The notes below the pieces were generated by a model that saw only the letters and a list, made by a program, of their open reading frames with translations, did no database searches and was not told the origin of the DNA. Positions 37,686 through 46,534 of a stretch of 64,000 nucleotides of DNA are shown here, piece by piece. A program made the position numbers and the translations under genes. Numbering within the stretch: the stretch's first letter is position 1; the number at the start of each line of letters is the position of its first letter. This DNA is from Flavobacteriales bacterium (GTDB lineage: Bacteria; Bacteroidota; Bacteroidia; Flavobacteriales_G; Salibacteraceae). The stretch covers positions 267,851 to 331,850 of the forward strand of contig JAYPQK010000002.1 of assembly GCA_038131955.1 (NCBI GenBank), written 5' to 3'.

Positions 37686-38487
37686 TTAGCAGACGATCAG
37701 TTTTTGAACGTGTGATCCGCGCTCATCCATCCATTGAAGGGAATAAACTCCTGACGGAAGGTGAGAAACTTGGATAGCGCTTCGATTCCCACTTGCCGAG
37801 ACAGTCAACACTTCACGCCCTTGCATATCCCGTATCACGATCTGCCTCAAGGGGTTTTGCGACTCTAAGTAAACCATGGATAGTGGGATTTGGATACACT
37901 TTCGTATCGCCTAACACGTTCTCGCCCACAGACAAAAGGTCAATGGTCTTCGTCACTACATCCTCATCGTATTGGTTGTAGGCATACAGTCGAACCAAAT
38001 AGGCTTGTTTCTCAGGATAGGTGTGACAGATACTATCTACGTTGTCGTCGTTGGTCGTGCTATCTCCAAAGATCCAAATGACCGTTTCCGCTCGCTTTGA
38101 GGTATTGGTGAAGCACAACTCCAAATGATTCCAATCCCAAGTAAAATCCGCTTCCGGCGGAAGGCAGGAGTCGATCGTCAGCACAGCTACATCACTATGA
38201 ACTAGATTCCCCAAACTATCCCCTACTTCACAGAACACACTCGCATCCCCAGCAGTCGCCGTTTCGCAATACAATCGAAAGTCTGAATCAGAACCGTTCA
38301 GGATAGTGGTGTCATTCCCCTCCAGTTCATATCACTGGTAGGTCAATCCGCCACCTACAGCTGTGACGGCAAATTCTCCGCATTCGCCAGGACAAACGAC
38401 ATCGTCCACGGGCTGAGAAGTAATGATGGGCTGAGCCCCAAGAAAGGAAACGTGAAGAAAAAGCGCGAAAGCGATAAAGGTTCTCAT
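37686..38487 (-). pseudogene. disrupted gene for a small T9SS type A cargo protein (Ig-like/PKD domains plus Por-secretion CTD)
   Basis: The ATG at 38487 gives the signal peptide MRTFIAFALFLHVSFLGAQ. An in-frame TGA at 38334-38332 sits where Trp is expected (GGGLTYQ*YELEG). The frame then continues through a PKD-like region (FTNTS...IWIFGDSTTND...HTY). The T9SS CTD (VYPNPTIHG / MVYLESQNPLRQIVIRDMQGREV...SGVYSLQW...) is split by a 1-nt frame change near 37868-37885. Confidence 0.7.
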
Positions 38488-38535
38488 GGTCGTAGCATAA
38501 ACATGAACGACGAATCTACGATTTCTTCGTTGCCT

Positions 38536-40815
38536 TTACTTGACCTTAGGATCAAACTGAAATCGAAGCCCAAGAAAGAACTCACGTCCGTGGATCGACC
38601 CATAAGAATAGGAAGTATCGAAATAGGGACTAAAGCCTGCAGGTGAATTGGGATCATTAAATCCGACTAGGGGAGTTTCAGTCTGCCGGAAATTGAAGAT
38701 ATTCTGCACCCCACCATATATCTCCAAGTCTCTCTTCGACCATTGTTTCGTGATCTGAATATTGTGGATCGAGAATGGCTGGGATGTAGTCGATTTAGGT
38801 GTACCCAGAGGTTCTCCTTCAGCGTCAAGGTCAAACACTTCCGGTAGTGACATGGGCCCGGTAATCGTGGTGGTATAGGCAAAATCAACCTTTCTCCTCT
38901 CCCACCGATAGTTGAGGGTGAATACCCCACTCCAAAGCGGAGCGAAAGGAATGGCTTCAGTCGACCATTCCTGGTCATCCCATTCCGTGGTGGTAGCACG
39001 GTTCAAGTTAATCCCAATGTTGTACGCCAATGGAAAAGAGAATTGTTGATTAAAGGAAGCCGCGAGACCATAGCTTTCAGCAAAGCCATTGGCATTGGCG
39101 TAGATGATCTTATTGGGTGTATCGTAGTCCGGAACGATCTTATTCGAGAAGCGGGTGTAATACACATCCATATCAAACATGCCTGAGGTGTTCCAAAGCG
39201 AATGGATGTGATTAAAGTTAAGAGACATATTCCACGACCGTTCCGGGTCAAGCTGTTCCTTTAGCTCCACCGTGCGTTGACCCGTGATGAAGGCATGATC
39301 TTCGGTAAACAAATTGACGATCTTGAAACCCGTTCCCGCATTCAAACGGACCGAAGTCCACTCGTTGGTATTCATCTTGACACTGACGCGAGGCGAAGGA
39401 ATGAGCCCATGGTTTACATAGTGATCCAAGCGCATTCCTCCGAGAAGTGTCAAACGCGTATTGGGTGACCACTCGTCCTCGATAAAGGCACCAGGAATAT
39501 ACTGCCGCTCGGGGTTATTTCTCAGGTCCTCGTTGGTTGCCACGGTATTATCGTCGTAGAACTGCAAGCGTTGTGTAACGCCAGAGGTCAGGGTATGCTT
39601 ACGAAGCGGTTTGGTCCAGACGAGATTAGCAAACCCGATGCCTTGCTGAGCCATGTAAAGGTCTGACCCGTAATAGCTGTCTTGATCGTGCCAGCTCAAT
39701 GAGTAATCGACACGGACGTCCTCAGCGCCAGGCAAGTCATAGGTTCCAAACACCTCTCCGCGCTGCGTGTAGATGCTTTCTCCATAGATGCTGTCGTTGC
39801 CTCTCAAGGTTCGGTAATTTCGATCTACAAAGAAGTCACGGACGCCGTTCCATCGGTCTTCTAGGTAGAGTTTACCCGCGATCGTGAACTTCTTGTGATC
39901 CGGACGCTTCAAGCTCCACTTCGAGAATAGGCTCAGTCTATCCATTCCGATTCGATCCCCGAATCCGTCATCATTGAAATCCTCGAACTGATTCATGGAC
40001 GTGAAGTTTATCCCCGAGAACGAACTCCAATTACCGGTTTTTGTAGCCAATGTGATGTTTCCGAATCCTTCCAAGTGAGATGTCCCCATGACATCTAAGG
40101 CCAGCAGAGGTTCGCCTTGTGGGTCTTTGGTGATGATGTTGATCACACCTGCGATCGCTTCCGAACCATAGAGTGTCGAACTCGGTCCTTTCACTACTTC
40201 AAAGCGATCGATCATCTGGGTGGGAATGCCATTCAATCCATATACCGAAGCTAGGTTACCGTAGATGGGAGTTCCATCCATCAAAACAGCCGTATACGGT
40301 CCTGGAAGTCCATTAATACTGATGCTATTGGTAAAGCAAACTCCACACGCATTTACCTCTTGCACTCCGTTGATGAGTTGGAGTCCATCAATGAGATTCA
40401 CCGCCGGTATGTTGTTTAGCAGTCGCTCTGCCTTGATCACTTCCACCTTGATCGGTGAAGCCTTGACAAAGGTCTCGCGCATCGTTCCGGTGATAACCAC
40501 TTCATCTAGGCCGAGCATATCCTCCCTCACGGTGATCTTTCCCAGTTGAACATCTCCTGATCCGGCCTCCACTTTAACCGAGGTGCGCTGATAGCCTAGA
40601 CTCGAAATGACTAAGATCAATGCTTCCTCCATCTCTGTTTCAATGATGAATCGCCCATCCTCATCACTTGTTGCACCTTGTGTTGTTCCTGAGATCGTGA
40701 TTGTAGCAAAGGGTAATGGTGTATCTGCACCATCGACCAATACGCCGCTGATGTCTCGGGCGAAGGATGAAGCAGAAAGGAAAAGAGTGAGAATGACGAG
40801 CAATAGCTTGTTCAT
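38536..40815 (-). CDS. TonB-dependent receptor with an N-terminal CarboxypepD_reg-like domain
   Basis: Signal peptide MNKLLLVILTLFLSASSFA. It has a CarbopepD_reg motif (ISGVLVDG...PFATITISGT...TSDEDGRFII) and a plug region (LDEVVITGTMRE...NGLQLINGV). A long beta-barrel ends in FFLGLRFQF. Confidence 0.92.
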   Translation of the reverse strand: MNKLLLVILTLFLSASSFARDISGVLVDGADTPLPFATITISGTTQGATSDEDGRFIIETEMEEALILVISSLGYQRTSVKVEAGSGDVQLGKITVREDMLGLDEVVITGTMRETFVKASPIKVEVIKAERLLNNIPAVNLIDGLQLINGVQEVNACGVCFTNSISINGLPGPYTAVLMDGTPIYGNLASVYGLNGIPTQMIDRFEVVKGPSSTLYGSEAIAGVINIITKDPQGEPLLALDVMGTSHLEGFGNITLATKTGNWSSFSGINFTSMNQFEDFNDDGFGDRIGMDRLSLFSKWSLKRPDHKKFTIAGKLYLEDRWNGVRDFFVDRNYRTLRGNDSIYGESIYTQRGEVFGTYDLPGAEDVRVDYSLSWHDQDSYYGSDLYMAQQGIGFANLVWTKPLRKHTLTSGVTQRLQFYDDNTVATNEDLRNNPERQYIPGAFIEDEWSPNTRLTLLGGMRLDHYVNHGLIPSPRVSVKMNTNEWTSVRLNAGTGFKIVNLFTEDHAFITGQRTVELKEQLDPERSWNMSLNFNHIHSLWNTSGMFDMDVYYTRFSNKIVPDYDTPNKIIYANANGFAESYGLAASFNQQFSFPLAYNIGINLNRATTTEWDDQEWSTEAIPFAPLWSGVFTLNYRWERRKVDFAYTTTITGPMSLPEVFDLDAEGEPLGTPKSTTSQPFSIHNIQITKQWSKRDLEIYGGVQNIFNFRQTETPLVGFNDPNSPAGFSPYFDTSYSYGSIHGREFFLGLRFQFDPKVK

Positions 40816-40836
40816 GGAACAAAAGTATACAGCTTT

Positions 40837-40852
40837 TTTAGACTTATCTAAA
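40837..40852. promoter_or_regulatory. candidate operator palindrome in the divergent receptor/repressor intergenic region
   Basis: TTTAGA-CTTA-TCTAAA is a 6-4-6 inverted repeat. A third TTTAGA half-site lies at 40881-40886, next to an ATTTGCATGAAAT palindrome. Confidence 0.3.
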
Positions 40853-40882
40853 GTTATTTTACAATACACTTTGAAATAGGTT

Positions 40883-40890
40883 TAGATTTG
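40883..40890 (+). promoter_or_regulatory. candidate -7 promoter element (TAnnTTTG) for the repressor/ZIP operon
   Basis: TAGATTTG is an exact match to TAnnTTTG. It lies 18 nt upstream of the GTG start at 40908. Confidence 0.35.
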
Positions 40891-40907
40891 CATGAAATTT
40901 TTTCGAA

Positions 40908-41567
40908 GTGGCCTCCTTTACCGTTGAGAATTATATCAAAGCGATCTATCGACTGAGTCAAAAAGACGCGGAGGGCGTGAGTACCAATGCCATTGCTGAA
41001 GCCTTGGGAACCAAGGCAGCCACAGTTTCTGACATGTTGAAGAAACTGAGCCAGCACAAGCTCATTCACTACAAGAAATACCAAGGAACTACCCTTACCA
41101 AGAATGGGCGAGACATGGCATTGAACATCATCCGAAAGCATCGACTTTGGGAAGTGTTCTTGGTAGACAAGCTGGAATTTCGATGGGATGAGGTACACGA
41201 TATCGCAGAGGAACTCGAGCATATCGACTCGGACGAACTGATCAACCGCCTCGAGGATTTTCTTGGTCGTCCCAAATTTGACCCACACGGAGATCCGATC
41301 CCGACACGCGAAGGACAGATCGAACGACGAGAGCAAGTTCCCTTGACCGAGCTCAAGACCAACGAAACCGGATACGTCACAGGGGTAAAGGACAGTTCGA
41401 AGGAATTCCTGCAATACTTAGACGCGCAGGGCATTGAGCTGGGAAACAAACTCGAAGTGACCGACATCTTTGACTACGATAAGTCACGCACGGTAAAGCA
41501 TCAAGGCAAATTAGTGACTTTAAGCCAGCAGGTTTGCAAGAACCTATTTGTAAGAACAGAATCCTAA
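40908..41567 (+). CDS. DtxR/MntR-family metal-dependent transcriptional repressor with a C-terminal FeoA/SH3-like domain
   Basis: TVENYIKAIYRL...VSTNAIAEALGTKAATVSDMLKKL...GRDMALNIIRKHRLWEVFL...EELEHI...DPHGDPIP, followed by an SH3-like tail. Confidence 0.9.
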   Translation: MASFTVENYIKAIYRLSQKDAEGVSTNAIAEALGTKAATVSDMLKKLSQHKLIHYKKYQGTTLTKNGRDMALNIIRKHRLWEVFLVDKLEFRWDEVHDIAEELEHIDSDELINRLEDFLGRPKFDPHGDPIPTREGQIERREQVPLTELKTNETGYVTGVKDSSKEFLQYLDAQGIELGNKLEVTDIFDYDKSRTVKHQGKLVTLSQQVCKNLFVRTES

Positions 41568-41582
41568 TCACGGAAAACACAG

Positions 41583-42404
41583 ATGGAAAGTGTATTGAAC
41601 TATATGGAAGAGCTTGACCCGATCATGGGGGCTTTGATCGCTACCACCTTTACTTGGTTGCTTACGGCCTTAGGTGCTAGTGTAGTGTTCTTCTTCAAGA
41701 AGATGCATCGCGCTTGGCTGGACGGAATGTTGGGGTTTACGGGAGGCGTTATGATCGCGGCGAGTTACTGGTCGCTTCTCGCACCTTCGATCGAGATGGC
41801 TGAGAATCAGGGTCAGCCGGGTTGGCTGCCAGCGGCCATCGGATTTGCAGGTGGCGCTCTCTTTCTTTTTGCGTTGGATAAGTTTATGCCTCACTTGCAC
41901 ATCAACTTCAAGCGTGAGGAAGCGGAAGGACCAGAGACGAATTGGCATCGCACTACCCTACTCGTCTTGGCCATCACCATGCATAATATTCCCGAGGGTC
42001 TGGCCGTTGGCGTTCTCTTTGGCGGAGTGGCAGCGGGAATCGATGGCGCAAGTATCGGAGCCGCCGTGGCCCTTGCCATTGGTATCGGAATACAAAACTT
42101 TCCAGAGGGAATTGCGGTCTCTATGCCCCTACGCAGAAGCGGCGTTTCTAGGGGTAGATCGTTCTGGTATGGCCAGCTAAGCGCCATCGTTGAGCCTCTA
42201 GCCGGCGTAGCAGGTGCCGCCGCGGTTATTTTCTTTGAACCTATCCTACCCTACGCCTTAGCCTTCGCTGCCGGTGCGATGATCTATGTGGTTATCGAAG
42301 AAGTAGTTCCGGAAGCCCAGCGGGACAAATACACCGATATCGCCACGCTGGGCTTTATAGGCGGATTCTTGGTGATGATGTCGTTGGATGTAGCGCTGGG
42401 TTAA
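41583..42404 (+). CDS. zupT: ZIP-family divalent metal transporter (ZupT-like)
   Basis: HNIPEGLAVG and QNFPEGIAVS motifs, with 8 hydrophobic segments. 273 aa. It starts 15 nt after the repressor gene. Confidence 0.92.
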   Translation: MESVLNYMEELDPIMGALIATTFTWLLTALGASVVFFFKKMHRAWLDGMLGFTGGVMIAASYWSLLAPSIEMAENQGQPGWLPAAIGFAGGALFLFALDKFMPHLHINFKREEAEGPETNWHRTTLLVLAITMHNIPEGLAVGVLFGGVAAGIDGASIGAAVALAIGIGIQNFPEGIAVSMPLRRSGVSRGRSFWYGQLSAIVEPLAGVAGAAAVIFFEPILPYALAFAAGAMIYVVIEEVVPEAQRDKYTDIATLGFIGGFLVMMSLDVALG

Positions 42405-42420
42405 CAATGATCAATACTCA

Positions 42421-42488
42421 ATGAAATCATCAATTAAACATTGAAATCATCAAATAAACATTGAAAATTGAATATTGAATATTGAGAA
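42421..42488. repeat. AT-rich nested tandem repeats (about 20-nt unit x2, then ATTGAAW heptamer x4)
   Basis: ATGAAATCATCAATTAAAC / ATTGAAATCATCAAATAAAC is followed by ATTGAAA ATTGAAT ATTGAAT ATTGAGA. Together they fill most of the spacer between the convergent zupT and msrB genes. Confidence 0.85.
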
Positions 42489-43046
42489 TCACTCCCCCCA
42501 TCCCGGTACGCCGTAATCCGCTGGATTCCCGCCTTGTGGGACGAAGATCATGGCTTCTGAATTGAGGCAGTAGCGCAATCCTCTTGGGGGCGGTCCGTCG
42601 TTGAAGACGTGTCCTAGGTGACTGCCACTCTTGCTATCTAAGATCTCAATGCGTTGCATTCCGTGGGTTCGATCCATGCGATAGATGATGGCATCGGGTT
42701 CGATCGGGGCGAAGAAGGATGGCCAACCGCAACCGGAGTCGTACTTGGCATCAGATAGGAACAAGGGTTGACCGCTGGCTGCACTATAGTAGGTGCCCAC
42801 GTCTTTGTTCTTGTAGTACTTGCCCGTAAACGCTTGCTCTGTCGCCGCTTGACGCAAGATCTGATACTGCTCTTCGGACAGCATTTCCTTCCACTCTTCA
42901 TCTGAGCGCTTCACTTCCAACGGAAGCGCCTCCCCTTCTTCATAGACCTTTTCGATCAAATCGTATCCTTCCATTCTTTCTTTGCTTTGTCCGCAGGCAG
43001 TGCTGAGCAGTGCTGCCAATATCAAGGTTAAACTTACTCTCATCAT
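42489..43046 (-). CDS. msrB: peptide-methionine (R)-S-oxide reductase MsrB, with a lipoprotein-type signal peptide
   Basis: [15 protein letters not shown] is a lipobox-like signal. The SelR domain has [17 protein letters not shown] and the catalytic RYCLNS. Confidence 0.9.
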   Translation of the reverse strand: MMRVSLTLILAALLSTACGQSKERMEGYDLIEKVYEEGEALPLEVKRSDEEWKEMLSEEQYQILRQAATEQAFTGKYYKNKDVGTYYSAASGQPLFLSDAKYDSGCGWPSFFAPIEPDAIIYRMDRTHGMQRIEILDSKSGSHLGHVFNDGPPPRGLRYCLNSEAMIFVPQGGNPADYGVPGWGE

Positions 43047-43078
43047 GGATTAAACTATCATCGAACTGAAATTGTTCG

Positions 43079-43699
43079 TCAGTTCAATATCCTTTGAAGA
43101 TCAGCTTCGCGAATCCTTACAGCTCGCTCTGGCAAAGTGAAATACGTTCCATCTAGTTGCTCTTCGACCACGCGCTTCGCCGAGAACCTCATGTGGATGC
43201 CATTGCGCCAGAGGTCAAACTGCAGGGGTAAGTACACCAGCCCAGGGAAGTCGACCTTGAGCGGATTGCGGTATTTCTCATTCACCCATACCGTCTGATG
43301 ATTTCCCTCTGCTGACTGTAAGTAGTATTCCTCACATTTCCAGCCTGCGATCTCGCGCTCACCTTCCTTAGCAACTACCCGGTGCTTATGGGCTCCGCTA
43401 CCCACGGGGGCCGCTAGGAACACCTGTCGCTCCATGAAGTCGAAGACCTGATAGACCGTATCGATCTTGGCGGGATGGATCCAAACCAACGGACCTCCGA
43501 GGGCCGATGATTGCTGCATTCGATAACTCGATCCTTTGGCGAGAAGTGTCATTTGCTGAGGAAGTGCCAATTCCGCCCCTTCCATGCCATCCGGAAAACT
43601 CAAGTATTCTACTTGATAGTGGATCCTTCCTTCGAACGGACGCTGTGCTTGCTTTGATGATGCAACCAGTAGACAACAAGCGATCAAAAGGATGCGCAT
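43079..43699 (-). CDS. hypothetical exported protein
   Basis: Signal peptide MRILLIACCLLVASSKQAQ. 206 aa. It starts 2 nt downstream of the dapA stop, on the same strand. Confidence 0.65.
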   Translation of the reverse strand: MRILLIACCLLVASSKQAQRPFEGRIHYQVEYLSFPDGMEGAELALPQQMTLLAKGSSYRMQQSSALGGPLVWIHPAKIDTVYQVFDFMERQVFLAAPVGSGAHKHRVVAKEGEREIAGWKCEEYYLQSAEGNHQTVWVNEKYRNPLKVDFPGLVYLPLQFDLWRNGIHMRFSAKRVVEEQLDGTYFTLPERAVRIREADLQRILN

Positions 43700-43700
43700 A

Positions 43701-44582
43701 TCAGGCGTTTTGGATGGATTCGATCTGGTTCTCGAGTTTCTGGTACAGCTCCTTGCTCACGGGCACCAATGGCAGACGCAAGTGCTGTTCGCAAACCCCC
43801 AAGATCTCCAACGCCGCCTTGATTCCACCTGGATTGCCTTCTGCGAAGAGCAAGTAGATAAAATCAATGACGAGGTAGTGGAGTCTTCGAGCTTCGTCAT
43901 AATCGCCCTTCTTGCAGGCCCGTGCAATGTCTGAGAATTGCTTTGGGAATGCATTGGCGATCACAGAAATGATGCCATCTCCACCGAGCGACATATGAGG
44001 AACGATCAGTGGATCATCGCCACTCAGCACCAAAAAGTCATCCGGACGACGCTTGATGATTGCTCCAACTTGATCCAAATCCCCCGACGCTTCTTTTACC
44101 GCCACGATCTTGTCGTGCTTCGCCAAGGTCAGCGTGGTTTCGGGCGACATATTTGACGAGGTACGACCCGGGACATTGTACAGAATGATCGGCAACGGAC
44201 TCGCATCGGCTAGGGCTTGGTAATGCGCAACGATACCCGCTTGAGTAGGCTTGTTGTAATATGGGCTTGCTGACAGAATACCATCGACATTCCTCAGATC
44301 TATCTTCTCAAAACCTTCGATCAGCGCTCGCGTATTGTTGCCTCCGTGTCCGAATACGATCGGGAGTCGACCATCATTGACGTCGACCACACAGTCGAGC
44401 ACTTCTTGTTTCTCTGACGCAGTCAACGTAGCGCTCTCGCCTGTGGTACCCTGCACCACGAGGTATTCCACCCCTCCTTCGATCAAGTGCTCTGTGAGTT
44501 TCTCGAGGCCAACAAAATCTACTTCTCCATTCTTTTTGAAAGGCGTCACCATGGCGACACCGGTAACGCTAAAGTTTTTCAT
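43701..44582 (-). CDS. dapA: 4-hydroxy-tetrahydrodipicolinate synthase
   Basis: GVAMVTPFKKNGEVDF..L..L.EHLIEGGVEYLVVQGTTGES...PIILYNVPGRT...AVKEASGD. Confidence 0.95.
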   Translation of the reverse strand: MKNFSVTGVAMVTPFKKNGEVDFVGLEKLTEHLIEGGVEYLVVQGTTGESATLTASEKQEVLDCVVDVNDGRLPIVFGHGGNNTRALIEGFEKIDLRNVDGILSASPYYNKPTQAGIVAHYQALADASPLPIILYNVPGRTSSNMSPETTLTLAKHDKIVAVKEASGDLDQVGAIIKRRPDDFLVLSGDDPLIVPHMSLGGDGIISVIANAFPKQFSDIARACKKGDYDEARRLHYLVIDFIYLLFAEGNPGGIKAALEILGVCEQHLRLPLVPVSKELYQKLENQIESIQNA

Positions 44583-45157
44583 GCTGCGTTGGATGTATTC
44601 AAGTTCACTAGGTAGTGATCCATATGGTGGATCAATTTTCTGACGTCGGGATCTCCTTTCAAATCGATCATCAAGTCTAAAAGATACGATCGATCATCGT
44701 GCTTTTCCCCTGCTTTCCATTTAGCGTTGATCTTAGAAATGACCACATCGCAAGGAAATGCTGCACCACGTGAAAGATCGATCAATACGTCGTATTCCTT
44801 CTTCAATCCACTCACCAATTCATCGCTCACCGCCTTCCCTGCGAAATTGAAATCCTTTCGCATGAAAGGAATATCCTTCGGGAAGCCTTGATATGCATCC
44901 AGAGACTTCTTGTTGGTAAAGTATAGGAAGAGATCAACGGAACGCATACCGCGTTTTCGCCACTCTTTCACGTAGGTATTGATGTGTGAGAATGATTCAC
45001 CGGGTTGGTATACCGCAACGATCGCCACATCACGAATGTACGCCCCCTGAACCAAGGAAGGACTCCTGTCCGAGTCTTTGATGGCTCGCTTCATAAAGTA
45101 TCGCGCAAGGGGCTTGATCATGAGTGCAAAATAGATGAAATCCTTTCTTCCGGACAA
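44579..45157 (-). CDS. conserved hypothetical protein
   Basis: 192-aa ORF with a 4-nt overlap onto dapA. No recognisable motif. Confidence 0.65.
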   Translation of the reverse strand: MSGRKDFIYFALMIKPLARYFMKRAIKDSDRSPSLVQGAYIRDVAIVAVYQPGESFSHINTYVKEWRKRGMRSVDLFLYFTNKKSLDAYQGFPKDIPFMRKDFNFAGKAVSDELVSGLKKEYDVLIDLSRGAAFPCDVVISKINAKWKAGEKHDDRSYLLDLMIDLKGDPDVRKLIHHMDHYLVNLNTSNAA

Positions 45158-45163
45158 CCCATC

Positions 45164-46054
45164 TTAGCGGAGATTCTGGTCCTCTGGCGGATCGTTATAG
45201 ATCTTATCGCGAGCATCAGCCTTCACCTCAACGTCTTCTACAAATTGCCACTTTCCACGCTTCCATACAAAGGCATCGAACTTCAATACCGGAATGTAGA
45301 ATTCATGCATTCCTTCCAGATCGGTTTGCATCGGAACGAGTTGATTGAAGACAAAGCGTTTCTTCTTTTCGTCGTAGCGAAGGGAGACAGAAGCGTCCGA
45401 TTTGTACTGCATGATATACCTCCGAATGTTTCGCTCATGCGGACAGTCGAAAATGTCTGCTCCAAACCGAATCCCTCGATTCGTGATGCGCATGACGTCG
45501 ATCACCTTGATGTTGGAATAGGCATCGTGACCGTCCCAGCCAAGAAGCATGTACGCTCTCTTTCGCTTGCGTCCTTTCTTACTCGGAATGATCTTATAGT
45601 AGAGGCATCCGTACCAATCTCGATCATTGAAGACCTTGCGGTACTCCTCTTCCAGGTCTCGAAACCCCTTATTCAGCTCGATCACCCTGTTGGACTTGGT
45701 CTTCTTGTCGTAGTACTGGATGAAACAGTAGTACTTATTTGTCTGATCATCCATTGGAAGATTCCAATTGATCATCCTAAAATAACCGTCGCCACTGCGT
45801 AGATCGGCAATAGCAGGGATCCTATCGAAAGGGGTGTCAAAGCTCTCTCGGTGCTGGAGAGCGTCGCGCATGAAGTGCAGGAAATCTGTATTGGCTTCGA
45901 TCCGTTCTGCCTCGGTTTCGGCTTCGAGAACGGTCTGTCGAAGCAACACCAACTGCTTGATCTTGGCTTTTAAGGTAATGGCAGGTTCATCGTCCTCAGC
46001 CAGAGACAACAGCGGAATGAAAGCAAGCGCAATAAGGAATATCGTACGGATCAT
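45164..46054 (-). CDS. hypothetical exported protein
   Basis: The signal peptide MIRTIFLIALAFIPLLSLA follows from the ATG at 46054 (the track ORF starts at 46087). About 296 aa, rich in K, R, Y and W. Confidence 0.65.
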   Translation of the reverse strand: MIRTIFLIALAFIPLLSLAEDDEPAITLKAKIKQLVLLRQTVLEAETEAERIEANTDFLHFMRDALQHRESFDTPFDRIPAIADLRSGDGYFRMINWNLPMDDQTNKYYCFIQYYDKKTKSNRVIELNKGFRDLEEEYRKVFNDRDWYGCLYYKIIPSKKGRKRKRAYMLLGWDGHDAYSNIKVIDVMRITNRGIRFGADIFDCPHERNIRRYIMQYKSDASVSLRYDEKKKRFVFNQLVPMQTDLEGMHEFYIPVLKFDAFVWKRGKWQFVEDVEVKADARDKIYNDPPEDQNLR

Positions 46055-46116
46055 CGCTACGAAGATTGTACGATTAACGCAGCACAATCGTGCTTGGTGT
46101 GAAAAGTAATTGACGA

Positions 46117-46512
<396 letters not shown>

Positions 46513-46534
46513 CTAAAAATGTTTCTAAACTAAC

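Noticed and set aside
38332-38334. In-frame TGA at a Trp position, as possible TGA=Trp recoding or selenocysteine
   Set aside because: Many well-supported genes in the window terminate at TGA (for example 3679-3681, 18482-18484 and 42489-42491). There is therefore no genome-wide reassignment. No SECIS-like hairpin follows, and the same gene also carries a frameshift, so a nonsense mutation is the simpler explanation.
40816-40829. TACTTTTG (a TAnnTTTG match on the minus strand) 4 nt upstream of the TonB-receptor ATG
   Set aside because: The motif is too close to the start codon to serve as a -7 element for that start unless the mRNA is leaderless or the true start is further downstream. I cannot decide this from sequence alone.
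42421-42488. Possibility that the short direct repeats here (or at 23379-23418) form a CRISPR array
   Set aside because: There are only two ~20-nt units with no spacers between them. The sequence is AT-rich and degenerate, and there are no cas genes in the window.
45005-45802. 265-aa plus-strand ORF, the longest antisense ORF in the track
   Set aside because: It is entirely antisense to two minus-strand genes with signal peptides and operon-like spacing (44579-45157 and 45164-46054). Its translation is compositionally odd and has no motif. The same reasoning applies to 9266-9892 (208 aa), 16223-16750 (175 aa), 3802-4245, 40854-41414, 55328-55852 and 63673-63993.
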